IMG/VR virus record: IMGVR_UViG_3300021092_000026
Span: 1-64,000 of that record
Reading direction: 5' to 3' (one strand)
DNA length: 64,000 bases
Source of the DNA: a virus
Shown: positions 19,186 to 28,789 of the stretch, one piece after another
Position numbering within the stretch: the first letter of the stretch is position 1
How the letters are laid out: every line of letters starts with the position of its first letter
Made by a program: the position numbers and the translations under genes
Notes under the pieces: generated by a model
Told to the model about the DNA's origin: nothing
Databases searched by the model: none
What the model saw: only the letters and a program-made list of their open reading frames with translations

Positions 19186-20129
19186 TTTTTCCTAAACATT
19201 TTATACTCCACCAAACTTAGTAAATTTAATTCGGGAGTATCGTATATTTTTGTGTTTATCTTATCATATCCTAATTCAGATGCATCATCCTCCGAATCCA
19301 ACTGAACTAAGTGAACTTTAATTCCCCAACCCATTAGTTTCTCACATAATTGAATAGAGTTGTTGATAGCATCGGAATCTAAACAAACATAGATACGGGA
19401 TACTTTTTTATCCAATATCTTTTTTTCTAATTTTGGTGGAATTGTTTTTCCAAATATAGGAATGGCGTTTCTACGAATTGCGATTGCATCAAAGACCCCC
19501 TCACAAATAACGATTGGTTCATTCCAATTTACATACAAATCAAACCCAATAATATCTTTGGATACCTTTGGATTTTTATGCTTTTGTGCTGTATCATAAA
19601 AAGCCCTACTAACAAAATAGTTTAACATCCCATCCGAATCGTATGAAGGGATGATAATTCTATTACTATATTCACCCTCAACACAATACCCCATTCCATA
19701 TTTAACAATATCACCCGGTCGGATTCCTCTACCTAAAATGTAATTTAGGGCATGTGAATAAATAATGGATTTAGATGATTCCCATAAAGGAATAAACTCT
19801 TTAGGTAGTTGAACAAATGTTTGTTGTTGGGTTAGTTGTTCGGTTGGTTGTTTATATTTTCTAATGTTTCTGAAAATAGAATTATACTCATCCCATATTT
19901 GTGGTGATACATTCAGCTTTTTAAACAATGAACGGATTGTTTTTCCCTTTTCATCCGATATCCAACAATGCCAGGGGTTATCACCATCCGATGTTGTTTT
20001 TATGTTTATTTCAAGTTTTGGTTTGTAATGGTCGGTGAATGGTGAATAAAAAGCATAGTTATCCCCAGTGGTTTTTTTACTTTTACCCAAAACCTTTTCT
20101 AATAACTCAATTAATCTTTCTTCTACCAT
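19182..20129 (-). CDS. DNA primase (DnaG/Toprim type)
   Basis: RIIIP, CEGVFDA and CLDSDA Toprim motifs; degenerate N-terminal Zn-binding domain. Confidence 0.9.
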   Translation of the reverse strand: MVEERLIELLEKVLGKSKKTTGDNYAFYSPFTDHYKPKLEINIKTTSDGDNPWHCWISDEKGKTIRSLFKKLNVSPQIWDEYNSIFRNIRKYKQPTEQLTQQQTFVQLPKEFIPLWESSKSIIYSHALNYILGRGIRPGDIVKYGMGYCVEGEYSNRIIIPSYDSDGMLNYFVSRAFYDTAQKHKNPKVSKDIIGFDLYVNWNEPIVICEGVFDAIAIRRNAIPIFGKTIPPKLEKKILDKKVSRIYVCLDSDAINNSIQLCEKLMGWGIKVHLVQLDSEDDASELGYDKINTKIYDTPELNLLSLVEYKMFRKK

Positions 20130-20721
20130 CTCTTAAATCGTATGTATAAATATGTTTTGGTAAGTTAGTAATTATCTTTACATTCTCATCACCCTCTTTA
20201 TATCTCCTATTTATTTCAACTCCATAAGGTCTATCCAACATAGAAAGTGTCCTAATATGAAATGATTTACCATCCACCTCCAACGATTTTGATGCGGATG
20301 TTTCACCCAAATAATTAAAATTGGAAGCACGGTAGATAACCCCCCTATGCCCCTGATTTTGGTCTGCGTAACTTATTATGTATTCCCAATCCGTATTTTG
20401 TTTTAACCACTTAATTGTTTTGGATATAAAATACGATTCAGCATTTTTTGGTGTATCATCTACCAAACACAATCTTCGTAATTCTAAAACCTTATCGGGA
20501 CGGGATGGGTGATATGTTTGCCCTGCGGTTGGGCCTGCTGGTCGGGTGTAGATACAAACACCAATTATTTCAGGCATACCAAAATTTCCTTCTCTGAGTA
20601 GAATAAATGCATGTTTTGTTTGTATATTTACATAATCAGAGTAATGCCACTTTTTTAAAAAGACACGAATGTTCTGATTAAACGATGTATGTTCAACTGT
20701 GTATGTTTTTACTAAACCCAT
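20107..20721 (-). CDS. Mom-like (GNAT-fold) DNA modification protein
   Basis: WHYS, ELRRL, NAESYFIS and ISYAD..GHRGVIYRASNF; ATG at 20721 preferred because a promoter overlaps the TTG at 20730. Confidence 0.8.
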   Translation of the reverse strand: MGLVKTYTVEHTSFNQNIRVFLKKWHYSDYVNIQTKHAFILLREGNFGMPEIIGVCIYTRPAGPTAGQTYHPSRPDKVLELRRLCLVDDTPKNAESYFISKTIKWLKQNTDWEYIISYADQNQGHRGVIYRASNFNYLGETSASKSLEVDGKSFHIRTLSMLDRPYGVEINRRYKEGDENVKIITNLPKHIYTYDLRDGRRKIN

Positions 20722-20723
20722 TC

Positions 20724-20760
20724 TACACAATATACAACAGAAAAACTAATTATCCAAACA
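20724..20760 (-). promoter_or_regulatory. Bacteroidota-type sigma70 promoter
   Basis: TTTGGATAATTAGTTTTTCTGTTGTATATTG on the minus strand. Confidence 0.6.
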
Positions 20761-21169
20761 AAAATGTTTTGGGTTCTTCATTTATCCATTCTGTGGGGAT
20801 TTGTTTTGTGGCCCATTTAAATCCGTTTTTATCGGCCCACATCCCATATGTAGTTTTTGACCTTTTATTTAATTTTGCATTTGGATTTTGAAATACAATC
20901 CGTATATCCAAATCAGGCTTTTGAGCTTTTATTAATAAGTGTTTTTTTCTATCCTCTAAAGTAAACCTACCCTTTGTTTCTATAAAAATTCCATTGGGCA
21001 ATCTAAAATCAGGTTTGTATGTATGATTGGTAGCAGGTTTAGTATAGGATATTTGGTGTTTTTCATATTCACCATCAATACCTATTTGTTTTAATTCATC
21101 CGAAACTTTATCCTCCAAACCCGAGCGATGCCCTTTGGTTTTTTGGATGTGACCCCAATTTTTTGGCAT
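20750..21169 (-). CDS. T7 endonuclease I-like Holliday junction resolvase
   Basis: RSGLE, YKPDFRLPNGIFIETKGRF and DIRIVF motifs. Confidence 0.9.
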   Translation of the reverse strand: MPKNWGHIQKTKGHRSGLEDKVSDELKQIGIDGEYEKHQISYTKPATNHTYKPDFRLPNGIFIETKGRFTLEDRKKHLLIKAQKPDLDIRIVFQNPNAKLNKRSKTTYGMWADKNGFKWATKQIPTEWINEEPKTFLFG

Positions 21170-21171
21170 AA

Positions 21172-22092
21172 CTAATCTATATCAAATTTTACATTTATAA
21201 ATAAATCCGTAATCGTACTTTTCTTTAATGGTGAACCTAATTTTGCAACAGCCATCATTTCACCATCATCGTTGTATAATCCAATAGTTGTTATGTATGG
21301 CATGAATTCTGAACCTGTTGTAAATGATTTGTAAGCTGAAGCTGATCCGGACGTTCCACTCAACGACGCGGTTATAGGTTCTAACACACTTGGATTTGTG
21401 CTTTTATTAAATTCATCTTTTGGAATATGACAAATTAAATTAACTTCTTCTACCAATTTAGTTGCTCTATAGTTTACAATAAACCCTCTATTAGAACTAT
21501 AATCCCAATTACCATCTCCTAAAAAAGTGTTTTGATTATTAGAACCGGTGTTTGTCATAACAATCAAACCCTGTCTATAAAAAACATAACCATATGTTGC
21601 TGATGATGATACTATAGTTCCCCACTCATCATCTACTTTTTCATCCGTATAGTATCTATAGTTTGTTGTTGAGCCTGAATAGTTTGTTATATTAACCGAT
21701 GTTGGCTTTATTTCAAACCCAAATCTATAAACAGGTATAGATAAAACTGATGCGGTATCGTATAATTTTAATCTCCAATCAGTAGTAAATAATCTATCTA
21801 AACTAACCCACATTGTTTTTTGATAAACATCACTTAATCCATCGTATGTGGAACTTTGTGTTAAATCGGTTGGTGTAAATTCAATCCCACCACTAATATG
21901 GGGTCTTATTGCTCTTAAAGTAGATATACCAAATGATGTGTAATGATTTGAATCCGTTACTTCATATCTTTTATGTGCAACAAATTTTTTTTCTTGTGAA
22001 AATACCTCATTTATTTTTTTAAAAGTATAATTAATACCATCAAAATTTCTATTATTTAATACAATTTTTTGAACTGTTCTATTATATGGCAT
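21172..22092 (-). CDS. Virion tail/baseplate-associated protein
   Basis: C-terminal YITTIGLYND..AVAKLGSPLKK motif, shared with the next ORF. Confidence 0.65.
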   Translation of the reverse strand: MPYNRTVQKIVLNNRNFDGINYTFKKINEVFSQEKKFVAHKRYEVTDSNHYTSFGISTLRAIRPHISGGIEFTPTDLTQSSTYDGLSDVYQKTMWVSLDRLFTTDWRLKLYDTASVLSIPVYRFGFEIKPTSVNITNYSGSTTNYRYYTDEKVDDEWGTIVSSSATYGYVFYRQGLIVMTNTGSNNQNTFLGDGNWDYSSNRGFIVNYRATKLVEEVNLICHIPKDEFNKSTNPSVLEPITASLSGTSGSASAYKSFTTGSEFMPYITTIGLYNDDGEMMAVAKLGSPLKKSTITDLFINVKFDID

Positions 22093-22103
22093 TAATTATT
22101 ATT

Positions 22104-23210
22104 TTAAAAATCTAATTTTACTTTTAAAAGAATTTCGTTACCAAAAGATTTTAATATTGGTTTTGATAATTTACCAACTGCTAACATTTCACTTCCAGTA
22201 TTATACAACCCAACGGTTGTAATATATGTTTTTGGATTATTTACAAATGTTGGTTGTCTAAGTACATTTATACCACCGGAAGAAGATACATACGATGGAT
22301 TATTACTAAAATTAAACTTAGTATTTTTAGCTCTTAAAAAATAATATGTAGATTTGACTTCTTCAACATTTCTCCCTTTAAATGCACCATTGGTAGAATC
22401 ATTAGCTGCCGAACTACTTATAGCTTCGAACAACTTAAATGCGTTATCACCATTTACATTAGAACCAGTATTAGTGTTTAATACTGGAATAATACTTGAC
22501 GAACCTAATAGTGTTCCTGATAAAACGATTACACCTCTTTCGGGATAAACCCTTCCATATGTTCGTGTTGCGGCGGCAATTGCTATACCATTCGCTAGTG
22601 AACCGGAAACTACATTAAAAAATTCTGAATTTTGGTTTCCTGCCTGAAGTGTATCTCGAGAATCATCTATTAATCGTAGTTGATTAGAACCACTTCTAAG
22701 ATTTAATTCAAAATTACCGGCATCCAACAAATCTTTGATTCTACCCCTTTTAAAGTTAATTACATAAATTATGTTTTCATCTACGGCCACACCCGAAGCA
22801 CCAAGACCTATAAAACTGAATTTTTGTTGGGTTGAAGGTAAAAGAGTTTGTACATATTGGGCATAAATTGCACGAGATGGGGTGTCTTGCGAACCAGCAA
22901 AATTCGATGCTGCGTTTATTACTAACGAACCACTACCTAATGCGTGTCCATATGCTACTGAAAATTGGACTTCTCGATGTTCATCACTCGCCGGTTCATC
23001 GTAAACATCGTAATAATATTGTCCCGATGAAGCACTTTGTGCAGATGATGTGAAAAATGTTGATAATGTTGGGGAGTTTTGGGTAAATAATCCACGAGTT
23101 ACTCTTTGAATTATTGGATCATCGAATATATCATCTGGATCTAAATTTTCAAATGCTCCAGAGCTAGCAGTTACGTTCTGATTTCCAATTATAATTGTTT
23201 GTGTTGCCAT
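22104..23210 (-). CDS. Virion tail/baseplate-associated protein
   Basis: FNFSNNPS..YITTVGLYN..AVGKLSKPILK..KVKLDF. Confidence 0.65.
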   Translation of the reverse strand: MATQTIIIGNQNVTASSGAFENLDPDDIFDDPIIQRVTRGLFTQNSPTLSTFFTSSAQSASSGQYYYDVYDEPASDEHREVQFSVAYGHALGSGSLVINAASNFAGSQDTPSRAIYAQYVQTLLPSTQQKFSFIGLGASGVAVDENIIYVINFKRGRIKDLLDAGNFELNLRSGSNQLRLIDDSRDTLQAGNQNSEFFNVVSGSLANGIAIAAATRTYGRVYPERGVIVLSGTLLGSSSIIPVLNTNTGSNVNGDNAFKLFEAISSSAANDSTNGAFKGRNVEEVKSTYYFLRAKNTKFNFSNNPSYVSSSGGINVLRQPTFVNNPKTYITTVGLYNTGSEMLAVGKLSKPILKSFGNEILLKVKLDF

Positions 23211-23270
23211 TTGTATTTTTCCCTTTTATATTTTTTTAACATTTTATTAATTGATATACACCCATAAAAT

Positions 23271-23873
23271 TTATTGTACTGTAACTGTAACAGGTATATC
23301 GATTCGTGTACCAAATCTATCCGATTGAACTATTATCGTACCGTTTTGGTCTAGTTGGGGGGTTAGTGTAAAAATGCTCGTAAATTCAAACTTAAAAGGA
23401 TAGACCGGGTCTGGGGTAATTTCACCCAAATCACTATCCAAAAGAGTTACAGTAAAAGTACCTTGTTGAGCGACTTGGCCGGCGATGGTAACGGTTACGG
23501 AGTTTCGGTTGGGGCCGACGGGCGTCCCCGGCGCATTTCTGGGTAGGGCGCTACTTTGTGGTATCGAAATTGATGTTGGAGCAACTGTCATTATAGGTAT
23601 GTTAGAGGTGCGGGTTGGTAATGTTACTAATTTATATTTCAATGCGTAGTTTTCATCTGTAATTGCTTCCAATATAGGCATATTTTCTATCATTTCACCA
23701 TAATATGATGAACCCAATGTATGTGATGGGTTATATAATGTGTAATCAACTTCATCATCTCCTAATGCAAATTTTGTAATTTCAAATTCGTCTCTAGAAG
23801 AAGCTAATCGCTCTCTACCTTTTTTTGTTAAGATAGCATCAACAGTCACCGATGTATTATCTAAGTATCCCAT
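23271..23873 (-). CDS. Virion protein with a tail-collar-like N-terminus
   Basis: LTKKGRERLA..ITKFALGDDEVDY. Confidence 0.65.
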   Translation of the reverse strand: MGYLDNTSVTVDAILTKKGRERLASSRDEFEITKFALGDDEVDYTLYNPSHTLGSSYYGEMIENMPILEAITDENYALKYKLVTLPTRTSNIPIMTVAPTSISIPQSSALPRNAPGTPVGPNRNSVTVTIAGQVAQQGTFTVTLLDSDLGEITPDPVYPFKFEFTSIFTLTPQLDQNGTIIVQSDRFGTRIDIPVTVTVQ

Positions 23874-23884
23874 ATATTATTTCC

Positions 23885-23958
23885 TTAATTTTGTTTTATA
23901 TAAATATAGATTTTTATTTTTTTAATTTTGTTTTATATAAATATAGATTTTATTTTTT
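23885..23958. repeat. 37-bp tandem duplication containing the ATATTTAT motif
   Basis: ttaattttgttttatataaatatagatttt occurs twice. Confidence 0.85.
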
Positions 23959-26900
23959 TATATTAGCACCCCGAACTGACGAATTTCTTGGAGGAATTCC
24001 TAATACATTTGAATCTACTCTAAATATTTCAACACTAGGTAATCCATCTATTGATGTAACTCCACTATTACAACCATTAAATTTTAAATTTGCTAAACCT
24101 AATGGTAATTCATCGGTTTGAACAGATGGGTATGGTATTAATGATGATGAATAATATTTACCTAATGATGCGGATAAAGATGATGAATAGAAGAATTCTC
24201 GTTGTTTTCCGTGCGGAGATAATCTTTGATCCATATAAGACCATATAATCTGCCTTTCCCACCAAGGATTTTGAACATTAAAAAACACCCCACTACTAGC
24301 ACTTAATATGGGATATTGATATTTTATTAAAGCACCTTTATAGTATGAATCTTTAACATATATTGGAGCTGAATAATCAAGTTTTGCTCCAATGACTTGA
24401 ATATTTGGTTTAATATTTACTAAATGGTCAAGCTTTGCTCCAATAGTTTGAATATTTGGTGTAATAGTTCCTAAATAATCAAGCTTTGCTCCAATGGCCT
24501 GAATATTTGGTTTAATATTCACTAAATGGTCAAGCTTTGCTCCAATGACCTGAATATTTGGTATAATGATTCCTAAATAATCAATCTTTGAAGCTTCTAT
24601 TACTTTGGGTGAATCTTCCAAAAGTAGTGGATAATCCAGTCGGGCGAGTGACCACTTATCATCTCGTTTGATTTTGTTTCTTTCTAAAATATGCGGTTCT
24701 AATAATACACCACCAATATACTCACACCTTGCGGGTATTAATTGTTTTACTTGTTGGAATATACTATGGTCATATAAAGATAACAAATCCAACAAAAGTC
24801 CAATTGCAGTCCCACGCCTTTGAGCCGAACCTGAAGCCGGTGTTAGATTAACATACTTTTTAAAATACTCACCTGCTCTCCATTTTAATAAAGGATAATC
24901 ATCATTAAATCTATCATCCGGATCTCCTACCCAATCATCTATTTCAAAATAACCTTCTGAATTGTATATATCATCATTTACTACATCCGTTGATGAGAAA
25001 TATAATCCAACCAAATTTGAATCTAATTGGGTATAATCATATTGAGAAACTTCACCAGTTCTTTCAACATCTAAAGAACCACTTAAAACCGAAGATTCTA
25101 TTCTTACTTTATTATTATTCTCATTTAATACTCCCGCCGATGGAACTTTTACAAATTGAGTATCCACCTCACCAACTAAATCAGCCGATGTGTGATTTGG
25201 TAATGATGCGGTTAATGGTGCTCCACCTGAAGTGGTTTTAAAAAATTGATTTGGGTGGGATGATGAAATAGCTGTTGATATAGTATTAAACCCACTATCA
25301 GGAAATATTCTATAAACCAAATTTTTGTAAGAGGTTTGGCTATTATCAACATCGGTTGTATTATCATCTGAAAAATATGCTTCAGTATTTAAGGCGTGCT
25401 CTTGAAATATTTCTTCGGAAAGGGATGATGAGTAATATCTAATCTCTTGAATTGATGCAATTGATGAATAATCACCAACACCATCACCAACAATGAATTG
25501 GGTTGAGTTACCAAATATACTATTTGGTGTAGAACTTTGAGCCGAAAGTGAAGCTAGGATATTTCCGAAATCATCTTTAAATACGGCTCTAATTGTGGTT
25601 GAACTCCCAGATATAATACCAAACACACCATCTTTTCGTGTTTTATAGTTCATATACGATGAACTCATAACTAAACTAGAACCCGTTTTAGCCAATATTC
25701 TGGCTCGCCCATCTGAATAATTCCATTCAAAGTCTAAATCAGTTCCACCCCCCGTTAATCTACCAATTGTAAAATCATTTAGTGGCATTTTACCAATTAC
25801 TTCAATAGTGTTTGGTATACTAATACTACCATCTATACCTATACTACCAAAAGGGTTTCTTATTGGTTTAGAATCGGATGTTTCTACTTTGTAAATAAAT
25901 CTTTCAGCTTCATATTTGTTTGGGGATTCAACAATTGTGGGCCCACCATATTCTCTTATTTTTAAAAATAACGATGGAATACCATAGCAAGATAAAAGGG
26001 CTTTTATTGAACGAGGCGTTCCTTTTGATTTGTAAATATATGGTAAATTGTTTAATACTCTACGCCAAACTTCTGACCTAATTTTTTCCTTTGATTTTGT
26101 TTCCAACCCACCAATTGTTTGTGATCGGCTTCCTGATGAATTAGTTCCTAAAGTATATTCCCAAAGATTTGCATTACCCCAACCATTGGATAAATACCAC
26201 CCCATTGATTTTGCTACATCATATAACAAATCATCTGACATACCATCTTCAGGATGTTCTTCTCTTTTATTTATATCTTCTAATGATTTTACATAAGTCC
26301 ACAAAATATCAAAGTGGTGTCCTATCATATTAATGAATAATACATAATCTTCGTTGAGCGGGTCTTCCCTTAACGCAAATGGTATCATATTGATTAGGGC
26401 AGAATCATTTTGTGAATCGTAAAGTGAAGCAGAACTATAAGCACCCGCATACCAACTCTCTGCTTGAGAACTTGTGGTTGGATAAAATACTATTGGATAT
26501 GTTGATATTTTTGGATATGGTGTGGCTGGATTATCGGTTGTTGAATAATGTGTGTATAGTGAACCTGTTGCTTTGTTATACATCCATTTTTCAAACCCAT
26601 CAAACCCACCAATTAAAGTATCTCTTCGTGTAATTGCTTGTGATATGTTCGTTAATGCATGTGATCCTGAAATTTGTTGTAGGGTTACTATTCTACTATT
26701 ATATCCCTCTATTGTTTGTAATTTACTAAAGAAATTATCAACTCTTTCGGTTGCAGATGAATAATGAACAAAATTTTTAAAATCGGAATAATCTATGTTT
26801 AATTCGATATTACCAAAAGAACCACTAAAATAACTATCTATAATTTGTTGTGATGTGGATAAATTTGCATCCAATAAATCATTCCATGATTTAAAATCAG

Positions 26901-28569
26901 TACCATCCGATTTACCATATTTATCTAAATCAATGTTAAAATTTGGTTGTAAAAATTGAACCCTTTTAATTTGATTTAATTGATCATATGCAACTATTTT
27001 TTCTATATATGATTTTTGTAATCTACCATCAATTGATAAACTTTGCCCAACATCTATACTATCATCTAATGGTAATGTTAATTTAATGTATAAATCCGAA
27101 ATTCCTTGACGGCCTTGAGGAGTTATAACCCCACTTAATAAAGAACCACCTTTTTGATTTTTTAATCTAACATTTGCAAAGTTTACTAATTGTCCACTTG
27201 AATCTGCAAAAAGTTCTGAGTTGCGTACATCTTCTGGATTTGATGTATTAGTAACACCAAGTGCTTCATACACACCATTTGGACCATCAGCTGGTCTTGG
27301 TAAAATTTGTGAATATCTTACAGTAGTTAAAAGACGACTGATATTGGGGTTTAGGCTTCCAGAAACATATATAGAACCACTTACATAAAATACAATAGTG
27401 GGATTATCGTCATCATCCTTACTTAATTTTGTTCTATTTTTATACTGCTTAACTATAAAATTTGGTCGTGATTCATGAGAAATTTCAAAATTTTGATAAT
27501 AATCGAATGCCGCACCTGGTAATAGTCTTTGTGGAACAGTTATTTCGAGGTTGTCTGTAAGATTACTGGCGTCTTCAGGTTGAATAAATGCAGGAGGGTT
27601 GGTAAATACGGGGCCGTTCGGGCCCCTATTACTTCCCGAAAGTACAAGAATATTATCGTTTCTACCGTTTAATTCAGTTCCAATAATATCATTATTAAAA
27701 AGGTAATATGGAGCGCCTGCATAAGTACCTTCCGTTGCTTTTTCCTGAACCCATTCAGGTTCATTATTTTGATTTAATTCTAATTTAAAAAAAGTAAATC
27801 TTCTGGTTGCTGATCCACTCGGGTATTGTTGATTTACACTACCACTTACTATCTCTTTAAATAAAATACCTCTGGGTGATAGTGGATAATTAGGTGGTTT
27901 AAATAGTGTATGTTGACCATTAAAACTGCCTGTTGGGAATGGAATTGGTGTAATTCCTTCCCCAACAAAATTTATGTAAGATATATCGGAAATAATATTA
28001 TTACCAAAATTTAATAAAAATTCGGGTTTACTACTTCCATTTGTAAAATTATTTAAAGGTTGAACAGTGTATTTAAATTCTTGAATATCTTTAATTAATT
28101 TTAAATTAAAATTGCTTGGATTTTTAATTCGTATTTCAGTTCTATCTGAAGATATTTCTGATATTTTTAAATCCGGTTCATTTGGATTTCCCGCAAAATT
28201 GTATAATGGGTTATACACCATTGTGTATATTCCACTATCATATCCAAGTTCTCTTATATCTTTTTCAGGAGAAAATCCAAATATTGGATTTGTAGCACTA
28301 CTAATCTGACTTCCGGATATTGTTAGGAAGTTTCTAAAATATGATGATTTTAATAAATTATTATCAGAATCATATATGTGTAATTCCAAAAAACTTTGCC
28401 TAGGGCCCGCGATACCTCCAATATTGGAAGGTGTGTCAACAAAGAAATCAACACCTGTGAAAGATGATGATATAAATCGGTAATTACCTAAATTTTCAAA
28501 AGTCTCCCCATACAATGGAGATGTACTTGAAATAATATCATCGAAATTTATAAATCTATCTAATGACAT
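23950..28569 (-). CDS. Large virion (baseplate/tail) protein, 1539 aa
   Basis: In the baseplate cluster; ISEISSDRTEIRI and YKSKGT..SIKALLSCYG (gp7/P2 gpI-like) motifs. Confidence 0.7.
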   Translation of the reverse strand: MSLDRFINFDDIISSTSPLYGETFENLGNYRFISSSFTGVDFFVDTPSNIGGIAGPRQSFLELHIYDSDNNLLKSSYFRNFLTISGSQISSATNPIFGFSPEKDIRELGYDSGIYTMVYNPLYNFAGNPNEPDLKISEISSDRTEIRIKNPSNFNLKLIKDIQEFKYTVQPLNNFTNGSSKPEFLLNFGNNIISDISYINFVGEGITPIPFPTGSFNGQHTLFKPPNYPLSPRGILFKEIVSGSVNQQYPSGSATRRFTFFKLELNQNNEPEWVQEKATEGTYAGAPYYLFNNDIIGTELNGRNDNILVLSGSNRGPNGPVFTNPPAFIQPEDASNLTDNLEITVPQRLLPGAAFDYYQNFEISHESRPNFIVKQYKNRTKLSKDDDDNPTIVFYVSGSIYVSGSLNPNISRLLTTVRYSQILPRPADGPNGVYEALGVTNTSNPEDVRNSELFADSSGQLVNFANVRLKNQKGGSLLSGVITPQGRQGISDLYIKLTLPLDDSIDVGQSLSIDGRLQKSYIEKIVAYDQLNQIKRVQFLQPNFNIDLDKYGKSDGTDFKSWNDLLDANLSTSQQIIDSYFSGSFGNIELNIDYSDFKNFVHYSSATERVDNFFSKLQTIEGYNSRIVTLQQISGSHALTNISQAITRRDTLIGGFDGFEKWMYNKATGSLYTHYSTTDNPATPYPKISTYPIVFYPTTSSQAESWYAGAYSSASLYDSQNDSALINMIPFALREDPLNEDYVLFINMIGHHFDILWTYVKSLEDINKREEHPEDGMSDDLLYDVAKSMGWYLSNGWGNANLWEYTLGTNSSGSRSQTIGGLETKSKEKIRSEVWRRVLNNLPYIYKSKGTPRSIKALLSCYGIPSLFLKIREYGGPTIVESPNKYEAERFIYKVETSDSKPIRNPFGSIGIDGSISIPNTIEVIGKMPLNDFTIGRLTGGGTDLDFEWNYSDGRARILAKTGSSLVMSSSYMNYKTRKDGVFGIISGSSTTIRAVFKDDFGNILASLSAQSSTPNSIFGNSTQFIVGDGVGDYSSIASIQEIRYYSSSLSEEIFQEHALNTEAYFSDDNTTDVDNSQTSYKNLVYRIFPDSGFNTISTAISSSHPNQFFKTTSGGAPLTASLPNHTSADLVGEVDTQFVKVPSAGVLNENNNKVRIESSVLSGSLDVERTGEVSQYDYTQLDSNLVGLYFSSTDVVNDDIYNSEGYFEIDDWVGDPDDRFNDDYPLLKWRAGEYFKKYVNLTPASGSAQRRGTAIGLLLDLLSLYDHSIFQQVKQLIPARCEYIGGVLLEPHILERNKIKRDDKWSLARLDYPLLLEDSPKVIEASKIDYLGIIIPNIQVIGAKLDHLVNIKPNIQAIGAKLDYLGTITPNIQTIGAKLDHLVNIKPNIQVIGAKLDYSAPIYVKDSYYKGALIKYQYPILSASSGVFFNVQNPWWERQIIWSYMDQRLSPHGKQREFFYSSSLSASLGKYYSSSLIPYPSVQTDELPLGLANLKFNGCNSGVTSIDGLPSVEIFRVDSNVLGIPPRNSSVRGANIKK
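24372..24590. repeat. 42-bp in-frame repeat, about 5 copies (PNIQxIGAKLD[YH])
   Basis: gaatatttgg and aagctttgctccaat recur at 42-bp spacing. Confidence 0.85.
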
Positions 28570-28570
28570 A

Positions 28571-28789
28571 TTAATTTATATAGGGAATTACATCAAAACT
28601 ATAACCGATAATTTCTTGATCATCAATTTCCAATTCAGTTATTTTTGTAGTTTGATTTGAATAAAACGATTGCGATGTAAATAATTTTACATTGTTATCC
28701 AACGTAATTACACCATAACTACTGGTTGAATCGGTAATCTCATAGGATAATATGCTTCCTTTTTTATTTCGTTTTATATCTCTTTCCAT
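28571..28789 (-). CDS. Small hypothetical protein in the baseplate operon
   Basis: Tightly packed between flanking genes. Confidence 0.55.
   Translation of the reverse strand: MERDIKRNKKGSILSYEITDSTSSYGVITLDNNVKLFTSQSFYSNQTTKITELEIDDQEIIGYSFDVIPYIN

Noticed and set aside
12881-26862. DnaA-box matches at 12881, 17336 and 26854
   Set aside because: Isolated and inside coding sequence, consistent with chance in AT-rich DNA. They are a caution for the promoter-linked boxes.
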